Positions 1 through 9,700 of a stretch of 64,000 nt of DNA are shown piece by piece. Numbering within the stretch: the first letter of the stretch is position 1; each line of letters starts with the position of its first letter. The notes beneath the pieces were generated by a model, which saw only the letters and a program-made list of their open reading frames with translations, was not told where the DNA came from and ran no database searches. Both the position numbers and the translations under genes were made by a program. This stretch comes from Podarcis vaucheri (taxonomy: Eukaryota), in NCBI GenBank assembly GCA_965113315.1, contig OZ220368.1; one strand, given 5' to 3'.

Positions 1-1038
1 GAGTGTATATTTTCCTCTTTCTTCCTTCATTTTTATTAAAATGCCAAAATCGTGAAAGATAATATAGACACACAAAAAGACAGAATATAAGCAAAGTTCA
101 AAGACTTATTGGTCGATAATTTATGAATTAACTCACATCAATTATTCTTGCTATTAAAATACTGAAAGCACCTTAAAACATTATGAGGCCACCCTGAGGC
201 AGCAATGTATTTTTTCTTTAATATTCAACAAGTGGTGCTTAAAGTAGAGCACATCCTTTCATATGGGATACATAAAATCACACAATATAATCAGAAAAAT
301 CAACTTTGCTTTTTTCTCCGTTGCATTCAGAATTGCACAAGCTGCTAGATACTTAGGGAGGGGAAGAAATCAAAGTGCGTTTAGGGTAATATATAAACAC
401 CTTTAAGTATTTTTCAAATCTTTATTATACATATGTAAATTTACCGTCTTGTTTTTTGTAGGGTATCAGTTTTAGAAAAAGAGGCTGTAAAAGGGTGATT
501 CTATGATATGGTTTCACATAATGATTTGGACACAATTATGCTGCAATTCAGGAAATTAAGTCTGCCGAAAACTCTGCAGTATTATGGGACTGTCATATTT
601 CCTTCCTAAAATGTAAACTCTGATCTCCACAGCTGCAGAGAAATAACGGCTAATGTTTCGGTAGCTAATAGTTGTAGGTAAGGCTCTTTCCCTTAAGGGC
701 TTGTGCCTTTTCTCTCTACATCCAATCTCTCTATTATATCGGTCCCTAATAATAACTTCCATAATAATAATGTGCAACTCAGGACTCAGGCATATTACTA
801 AAATACAGTAACAGTGATTTGAATGCGCTACAAACACACAACACCAGATGGTGCCAGAGAGCAAGAAATTTTAAAATGCGATTTTCCATAGTTTTTTTCC
901 CCTTTTGTTATAATGATCTAATTTCTGACTTACTTATAGCGGGGGGGTTTTCTCTGTTTTGATCCACCCTAAAATGAAAGACACAAATAAGCAAATTCAC
1001 TAAATATGTGCAAATCATAAAATTTGTGGAGTTATTTT

Positions 1039-1557
1039 CAGGGACGCGGACTTATAAAAAATATTGGGGGGGCCCGGGAAAGCTCATGAATAATAAATAA
1101 GCTCATGAATATGCAAATAAAGTGGCGCCGCCTCCTCGTGAGCGAATAGGGGAGAGCGTGCTGCGCCTATTAATCAGCTCCGGAACAGCTGATATGCGGG
1201 AAACGTGGGGCTAGCCGGAGAAGAGAGGGCGAGCCCCCTCCGCTCCGGCCCTAAACCGCTGAAACCGCCAGGAGGAAGGAAATTCCCCCCGGCAGTGCCT
1301 TGGCAGTGGCGGTGGTGCTGCGAAGCAGCGAGGCAGGAGCCCCCGCCCCCGGGGATTCCCTAATCTCGCGGGGGACGGCCGGGGCTCTCCGACTAGGGCG
1401 CGCGGCTGGCTGGCGAGGGAGCAGGTGGGGAGGAGGCGGGGGACGGCGGCGGCGCTCTGCTGGAAGGGCGCCTGAGATTATTGGGGGGCTGAGCCCCCCC
1501 AAAAAATTTTTTGAGGGGGCTCGAGCCCCCTCAGGCCCCATGGAGTCGGCGCCTATG
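1039..1557. mobile_element. Non-autonomous hAT-type MITE, family A copy 1
   Basis: Imperfect TIRs CAGGGACGCGGACT / AGTCGGCGCCTATG; perfect 8-bp TSD GTTATTTT (1031-1038, 1558-1565); near-identical copy at 23010. Confidence 0.9.
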
Positions 1558-1682
1558 GTTATTTTTAAAGATGTCCACAACAACCACAAGGACACTAAAT
1601 AGCTGAAGGTTTAATGTGAAAGGTTTAGCATTTATTTGGATCAAAGCCCCCTTATGTGTTAATGTTTCCCTTTCATTTTCAG

Positions 1683-1927
1683 CTCTTGAAGGCTTGATGC
1701 ATGACCCAGATGCTTCTGTGTGCATAGCTGCAGCACATGCCCATGAGCGCGTTTCTTCTGTTCTCTCCAATCAGAAGGAGAGGCTTGAAAGCAACGGCAA
1801 GACGGAGGCCGGTGACACTGCTGCTGACAATGCTCTAAGGAGTTCCAGAGCCCTGAATAGTATCCGCCACACCCCTTCCAGACTTCTTGCTGTTATAAAC
1901 CTCTGGAGATCGGCCAATGGAAATTAA
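1683..1927 (+). CDS. MROH7: Terminal coding exon of maestro heat-like repeat protein 7 (upstream exons outside window)
   Basis: Acceptor ttcattttcag at 1682; (A)LEGLMHDPDASVCIAAAHAHERV resembles the human MROH7 C-terminal HDPEASVCIYAAQ motif as recalled; TAA at 1925-1927; AATAAA at 2085-2090; same strand directly upstream of TTC4 as in human. Confidence 0.75.
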
Positions 1928-2192
1928 TATTGGACTGGAAGAGGAGAAAGGATCTTGGTGCATAGCTCTTCCTAACAGCAACAACAACAAAAAGGCTGTG
2001 AATATCACTCTTCCTATACTGAACCTCAGCAAGAACATTATAAAGGACCATAAAAGGAATTGATAATTTACCAGCTACCTGGATAATAAAGAACATCAAT
2101 TCCCTACAGAATCCAGCCTCCTGGACTTTTGCTTGCTATAGTTACATCATGACAGGCTTTTCTATGAAGATCAAGGCATGCATGCCCTAGTC

Positions 2193-2833
2193 CAGTGTTT
2201 CCCAACCGGTGTTCCGCGGCACACGAGTGTGCCGTGAGACGTTGCCTCATGTGCCGCGAGATGCCTGGAGGGAGGCGGGCGAGTCGGGCGGCGAGAGGCA
2301 GGGCGGCGGCGGCGAGGAGAGGCCGCGCCTCCTGCTGCTGCCTGGCGCTTCTCCTCGCAGCCGGCAGCGCTGCCTGGGCGCCTCCGCGCGACTCTGCCTC
2401 GCTGGGTTTGGTCTCCCAGCAGAGACGGGTCACACGCGCCCCTCCCTCCCTCCCTCAGCCTGCGCGGAGGGAGAGCCAGAGAGAGGCATCGCTCCTGCGC
2501 GGCGGGAGAGGGAGCAGCCGGAGCGATGCCCCAAACGAAGGCATGGGACCGGAGGGGAAATCCTCTCCGAGGAGGATTGAGCGCAGCTGAGAGAAGCCTT
2601 TCGAGGAGCTGCCGTGTCCCCTGGAAACCCCCTTCCCAGCTCTGCCTGCCTGCCTGCCCAAAGCTTGGAGGTTCCCCGGCAAGGGGGAGGGAAAAAACTT
2701 TCACTTTTGTGCGTCCCTCCCGGCGTGACGCTGCGCGCTGACGTCACGGGGCGGGGCTTTAATGGTGGTGTGCCGCGAGATTTTTTTTCAGTAAACAGGT
2801 GTGCCGTTGCCCAAAAACGTTTGGGAAACACTG
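2193..2833. mobile_element. hAT (Charlie-like) non-autonomous element
   Basis: TIR CAGTGTTTCCCAA at both ends; perfect TSD CCCTAGTC (2185-2192, 2834-2841); GC-rich interior. Confidence 0.9.
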
Positions 2834-2910
2834 CCCTAGTCACTTATTAGCTTGTATACAACACTCCTGCAAGCCCCTTTTAAATACCAATGTTGTTGTT
2901 TAGTCGTCTT

Positions 2911-3261
2911 AGGTAAAGGGACCCCTGACCATTAGGCCCAGTGGCGGACGACTCTGGGGTTGTGTGGCGCTCATCTCGCTTTACTGGCCGAGGCAGCTGG
3001 CGTACAGCTTCTGGGTCATGTGGCCAGCATGACTAAGCCGCTTCTGGCAAACCAGAGCAGCGCACGGAAATGCCATTTACCTTCCCGCTGGAGCGGTACC
3101 TATTTATCTACTTGCACTCTGATGTGCTTTCGAACTGCTAGGTTAGCAGGAGCAGGGACCGAGCAACGGGAGCTCACCCCGTCGTGGGGATTCGAACTGC
3201 CGACCTTCTGATCGGCAAGTGCTAGGCTCTGTGGTTTAACCCACAGCGCCACCCGCATCCC
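2911..3261 (-). mobile_element. Sauria SINE (lacertid type)
   Basis: Minus strand begins GGGATGCGGGTGGCGCTGTGGGTTAAACC (tRNA-like head with B-box GTTCGAATCC) and ends in an ACCTTT-type tail. Confidence 0.85.
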
Positions 3262-3760
3262 ACAGCGCCACCCGCTTATATGTAAATCCGGCACTGGTTT
3301 TTCCTCAGCTCGCCTTTTCCCGCCTACAACCCCACACAATTGACGCCCCCACAAGCGAAATAATTTAAAACAAAGCGAGGCGGTGATAGAGCGAGCTTGC
3401 AAAAGCCCCGCTGCAGCGCCGCGTTCCCCACTGCCGGCCCAGGGAAGCAGCGTCGGGCTCCTCCCGCTCAGCAGGGGCGGGAAGCCGCCGCCTCCGGAAG
3501 GGCGGAGCGAGCGAGCCTGGCTGCGACTGGAAGGGCAGCGCAAAACGATGGCGGAGGAGGAGGAGGAAGAGCACGAGGCGGGCTGGGATGCCTTCCTGGA
3601 CCGGTTCCGCGGCCCCGAGCGCTACGCGGGCGCCCTCAGCCCCGAGAACTGGGAGCAGGTGCGTCTCTCCGGGCGGCGGGACGAGGGAGGACCCGATGGC
3701 CGCGCTCGACTGCACGGGCTCCTGGGGAGATGCCAAGTTGGGGAAGAGTCTCCAGCCTTT
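3230..3760 (+). promoter_or_regulatory. CpG island / TTC4 promoter
   Basis: Dense CpG around exon 1; ETS-type CCGGAAG near 3496; YY1-like GATGGCGG at the start codon. Confidence 0.7.
3548..3658 (+). CDS. TTC4: TTC4 exon 1
   Basis: MAEEEEEEHEAGWDAFLDRF...ENWEQ, donor gtgcgt, in CpG island. Confidence 0.9.
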
Positions 3761-6700
3761 TAGTTTTATCCTCTTTTCACCGGCCTCTTGTCCCCCCCCC
3801 CCTTTCCGTCCTCTCCAACAGCCCTGCCAGGTAGGCAGAGGGTGAGCATTTGGGGGGGAATTGGTCTGCAGTTTTGAATGTCGGGATAGGACCCGGGTTC
3901 GAAATCTCCCACTCGCCCGGGCAGTTTGCTGGCGTGGCTCAGAGCCGGTCACTGCCTCTCTCAGCCTATACGACCTCGCAGGGTTGTTGTTGGTGTTGGG
4001 ATCACATGTGGAAGGGGGTTGGATCATGCGCGCAGTCTTGAGCTCCTTGGATGAAAGGTAAGATATAAAGTAAACAAACACTGGCTAGCCTTCTGCAAAC
4101 CACTAATTCCCAGTCTTCCTCCTGACCACTGCAGGGCGAGGGTTGATGGTACCGATCTTAACAGGGTTATTTGTTGTGAGCATTGCTGGTTAGCTCTACT
4201 AAATTATGTTTGAGCCAGAGGTCAGTTCTGGAGCCTACTTTCAACTTCAAGGCATATGAGCCAACAGTAAAGATGAGAGTGCCTCTAGAGCTTGTGCAGA
4301 ATGCCTTGCCTCCAGTGTTAATAACCAGTCATCTCCCACACCTGGATATAAGAGAGCAGTTTTAGAGAACATGACCGACTTCTGGACAGGTTTTCCTGAC
4401 AGCCATGGGTTTTCGCAGCACGTTAATGTTTCACGTTGACATTTAAAATATTGTCACCCTGTTTTATCATGGAGCAGTTGCTGGTATATACTGAATCTGC
4501 ATGTAACAATAGAGGACACCTGCAAACTGTAACTATTAGGTTGGCACAATGTTGTCAACACAATTTGGCAACTGAAACTTACAACTTGACCATGTACAGT
4601 GGATGTTGACTTTCTAACCAAGGGGTGGGATGTGTGTTGTGACATTAGAGTAGGTAGCATATTAAACTTTCGTATTGGGTTGCAAGTTCACAATACATGT
4701 CAGTGTATCAAAAAAAATTTTTTTTTAATTGTAACCTGAATTTGGGAACTTGTGACTCTGCAGACTTTGCTGGACTGTGCTCTCCTCTTTGCTGTCCCTT
4801 GACCATGCTGACTGTGGCTGATGGGCATTGGAATCCAACAACATCTGGAGGGAGGGCTAGAATTCTGGAGGGAGGGCTAGATGTTGAATAAGATGATGAA
4901 TTCTCTGGTCACATTTTTCTATACTGTTTATTAAACTAGTTTATTATTAACTAGTTTATTGATGATACAGTTTAATAAACTGTAGTTTAATAAACAATGG
5001 TTTAGCATTATGTGCTAACCTCGCCAATGTGTCTTTCTTGGTAAGCAAGAATTGACTTGAAAGAATAGAGAAATTTAATATAATTCAATGACGGATATTA
5101 CAGGATCTATATCTTACATTCCTTTTGGTTTGGTTTTGTGTTTTTGTAACAGGAAAATGGTGGGTTTGAAGGTTTAGCAAGGGCTGATGCTAAGTCTGAA
5201 ATTACTTACCTAGAAAGCCAAGAACTATGAATTAAGTGAATTCTTTAGAAATACCCAGGGACAAAATTCAATGTATGGGAGGGAAAAAACGCAAGTTCTT
5301 CTGTTAAGTATCTCGAATAAAGGCTATATTTCCAAAGACATGTGGCTATTTTGAACCCTTTTCTTCTATCCTTGGTAACTTGGGCTGTCTGCATTTGTTG
5401 ACAGGAATTTGAGCAGATCCCAATGTTCATGAGGAAAGCTCCTGCTGAAATAGATCCTAAGCAGAATCCTGACCTTGCTTGTCTTCAGTCTATTATTTTT
5501 GATGAAGACCAAACATCTGAAGGTAGTCTCCACTTACATACTGTAAATGTATCAGCTGATGAAATTTACGTTGTTCTCGCAACACTTTCTCTAGGAATCA
5601 AAGGGCATAATTGTTTCCTCTCAATCAGTTCAATGTCTTGAAAAGAGACATCCCAGCTTTGTCTTACCAAGGCAGGTGCTCTGTTGTGTCCCATTTGAAG
5701 GAGAAAGGCTGACAGTCCAGTATAGCCTCTGTCACAACCGTTGTCCAAATGCTGCAATAGGTGTCCACAGATAAATGAGCTGACGGCCCTACTGTATTCC
5801 CATTTTGAAAATAAAGATCTTAAGCCAGAGCTTTAAGGTTAACAACCAAGTGTTTATATTGAAAGGGCACCGTCCCATTTCAAAAAACACATATTGGGGC
5901 TCATAGGACTTGTAGAAATTTAATTTGGCCGGCACACGCAGCTCCATAAAAAATCGAGAGGTTATCGTAGCATTAAAAACTTTAATAGCTGCAGAAATAT
6001 CCTTGACCCCCTTTGGTGTAAAAGAAAAAAAACATAGCATAGCAGGCTGATTAGCTTGAGTTTTCTGGGAAGCATAAGATCTGTGCTTTATCTGTTATAG
6101 ATAACTTGACTTTTAAAGGAGTGCTTATGATTGCTTTTCTAACATTGCATTGTTTATCTTTATTGGTGTTTTTCAAGCCCAGACCTATAAGAATGAGGGC
6201 AATGATTATTTCAAGGAAAAGGATTATAAGAAGGCTGTGATATCCTATTCAGAAGGACTGAAAAAGAAGTGCAATGACCTAGAATTGAATACTGTTCTTT
6301 ATACAAACAGAGCTGCAGCCCAGTTTTATTTGGGTAATGTATTGCATTCAAAATTGTGCCTAGCTCAAATTCTATATAGCAGAAAAATATCAAAGGTAGA
6401 ACTTTCTCCTGTATGTTCCAGCAGTCATAAAGTTGGTTTTGAATTTTTTTAAACAAACAAACAAGTAGTATTGAGGATGCTAAATTTTAGACCCATATCC
6501 TTGTTAGATATTAATTTAGCAGCGTATGTGGCGCTCCCAAAGAAAATAGGCACCTCTGAGTTAATTGGGACTTACTCTCAAATATGCATAATATTGCGTC
6601 TGGTTTGGCTGTCACTGTCCACATTACAGTGCTTTAAATTTTGTTAGACATAATTTGATCCAATGTATTCCAGGTCCCAAGATTCAGTATGTGCAAGCAG

Positions 6701-9700
6701 AGATGTCTCTTGAGCAGCTAGTCTGGATAAAAAAAAAAGAATTGAGTGCTGTTGGTTTTTAATAGGGATGAATAGCCTCAAATGCAGATTCTGAAAAGAA
6801 AGCCAAGAAGTAAGAGGTTGTGTTGAAGTTTTTGCAGCAAAATCAAATTATTATTTACCAAACACATTTTTTTAAAAAAGAGGGGCAGCTTTTGGAATCT
6901 GTATCTTACCTGTTATAATGCCTCCTCTTTTCATTATCCTTATAAATTAATGTCATATTTGAAGACCTCACGTGTCTTGCCTCAGTGTAGCCCAGTGTTT
7001 CTTAGGGAGCAATTTGCCAGCCTCCCTTAAAAATCCAATGTAATGACCCAGGTTTTACAGAGGTATGTTTTGTTTAGGTAACTATCGCTCTGCTCTCAAT
7101 GATGCTATCGCAGCAAGAAAACTGAAACCCGATCACCTCAAGGCAATTACAAGAGGTAAAAGAATGTTCAACAGTTGCATTTTAATAGAGGCCTCCATGT
7201 AATTAAAAAAGTGGGGGCACTGTATAACAGCAATAAAAGTTTGTATAGAATATTCTTGAAAAGTAAACTTTCAAAGTGCCATGAAATAATAACATAATGC
7301 AACTTAAAAGGCTTGGGTCTACTTGAGATAAAGAGAAGAAAGAAGCATGGGAATCTTGGAACAAAGTTATATGCAGTATGTTAGGGGCAGCATGTGGTCT
7401 GAAGGCACGTGAGACCACTCCAATGAAGCAAAGCAGGTCTTGGTCTAGTTAGCATCTGGGAACCACGGGAGGATGCTGAATGCTGTTTGTGCTCACTAGT
7501 AAGGAGGGAGATGGAAGATGCTCGCAAATCCACCTGCCGCATCCTTCCCAGCAGCCCTACCAACTTTGAGCCCTGCGAGTTTTGTTGGGACCAGGAAGAA
7601 GAAAGAAACAAGAGCTGAGGCTTATTGCCACCCTTGTCTTTTTTGTTGATGTTTTTTGTGGTGTTGCTACTTTGGAAAAGGAGTGGGAGATCTTTGCAAT
7701 TGGTGCCCTTATTGTAGTTTAGCTTTGTTTGCCTTATAATGGAACTGTAAATTTGTTATTATTTACTGGACATGTTTTTATTATTTGTTATGTTGCTCCC
7801 TGCTCTGAGATTGAAAATAGTCGGTGAAGAGTGGGTTATAAATACTTCTAAAAGTAATGATAAATGTAGGGTCATGCTTGGTTGTATGATGGAAGAAAAG
7901 TAGGGCATAAATGTAAGAAAATAAATAAATGTCAGTCCAGAATGGAGGCCTCTATGGCTCTTCAGTGCCTTCAGTCTGGAAACAAATTGACCAGCGTAAG
8001 TGTACCTCCCTGTTTGCCACACTGACGTTTTAAAAATTAGTTGAGTGTATCTGTGTTTGCTGCGGACATATGTGAAACAAACTACAGTGGTACCTCGGGT
8101 TAAGAACTTAATTCGTTCTGGAGGTCCGTTCTTAACCTGAAACTGTTCTTAACCTGAAGCACCACTTTAGCTAATGGGGCCTCCTGCTGCCGCTGCACGA
8201 TTTCTGTTCTCATCCTGAAGCAAAGTTCTTAACCCGAGGTACTATTTCTGGGTTAGCGGAGTCTGTAACCTGAAGCGTCTGTAACCCGAGGTGCCATTGT
8301 ATTGCTTTTCTAGGAGCACTGTGCCATTTGGAACTTAAACACTTCTCTGAAGCCATAACATGGTGCGAGGAGGGATTGAGAATAGATCCAAAAGAAAAGA
8401 AACTTCTGGAAACAAGAGCTAAAGCTGATAGACTAAAGGTTAGAAGGGGGCGAATGGAGACCTGTTTATACAGTAGACTAAGACTGGTGGAACAGCATTC
8501 TCCTCCCCACAGCAACGATGTAGCTTTGTCTGTCTTTCAGCGCGCTGAAGAGAGGGATTTCAGAAAAGCTAAATTGCATGAGAAGAGGGAACAGTCTCGG
8601 AAGGAGGCCTTACTCAAAGCTATCAAGGTAGCTTTTTCTTTTGATGGGAAGAATTGCCCCTGGATATTTTAAATGTGTAAAGATGTGGATACTTGCCTCA
8701 TATTTTTTTCTTTTCTCTTCTGATGTAGGATCGGAACATCAAATTGTCTCTAGCATCCTCTAAGGAAGACACAACGATATCAGCAGACCTGGCTGAGATG
8801 TCTTTAGATGGACTTGGCTCAGAAAATGATATCGGTGCCAAAGTCTGTTTAGATGAGAATGGCAGCCTAACCTGGCCTGTGCTGTTCCTGTATCCTGAGC
8901 ATGGGCAAACTGACTTCATCTCCTCTTTTCATGAAGAATCGAGGTGGTTGTTTTGTAAAGCTGAATTTATATAAATCCAAATGAACATAATATGGAAGGG
9001 AGAAGGCAGTAGGTTCAATTCACACATTTTATTTGCTGTGTTTTCCAGTACTGTGGTAAGACCATTCAGATCTTCTGAATGTGAAGAGTAGGAGTGGGAG
9101 CATGCCTGCCAGCCTCATCTGCTAATCTCAGAGTAATGTCTGAACAAGTCTTCCCCGGCCTGATGCCTCCCATCAAATGTTTTCGGCTACAACTCATTTC
9201 ATCCCCAGCCAGCATGGGCAGTGGACAGGGATGATGGAAGTTGTGGTCCAAAGCTTTTGGAGTCTTAGAGCATGTTTATATGAAGTGGTGTTTGTGAGCT
9301 ATTTTAGAGACTCTGATCAGTGACAGATAGGTAGCCATGTTGGTCTGCCATAGTCAAAATAAAAAAATTCCTTCCAGTAGCACCTTAAAGACCAACTAAG
9401 TTAGTTCTTGGTATGAGCTTTCGTGTGCATGCACACTTCTTCAGATACCTAATACCAAGAACTAACTTAGTTGGTCTTTAAGGTGCTACTGGAAGGAATT
9501 TTTTTATTCTGATCAGTGAGAAGGTAGTTATTTTTGGATTAACCTTAAATAAGGGAATAGATTTAGGATCTTCCTGAGCATGCCTATTTTGAAAAAAAGC
9601 ATTGAAGAATTTAATTTTTAAAAATACTGCGTTGGTTAGCAGCCTTTAATGAAGCTACATTGCTTTGAATTCGAAAGGTGTCAGTGTACAGTATCTACTT

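Noticed and set aside
460-560. Possible penultimate MROH7 exon (YDMVSHNDLDTIM)
   Set aside because: In-frame stop immediately upstream and no convincing phase-1 donor
1251-2850. Cluster of overlapping 100-177 aa Arg/Ala/Pro-rich ORFs
   Set aside because: They lie within GC-rich MITEs with TIRs and TSDs; stop-poor composition explains them; no transposase motifs
3150-3261. tRNA gene
   Set aside because: A/B-box-like sequence is the head of a Sauria SINE; no complete cloverleaf
7400-7490. 5S rRNA-like sequence (GAAGCAAAGCAGG..TGGTCTAGTTAG)
   Set aside because: Too degenerate for a gene; at best an old 5S-derived SINE fragment
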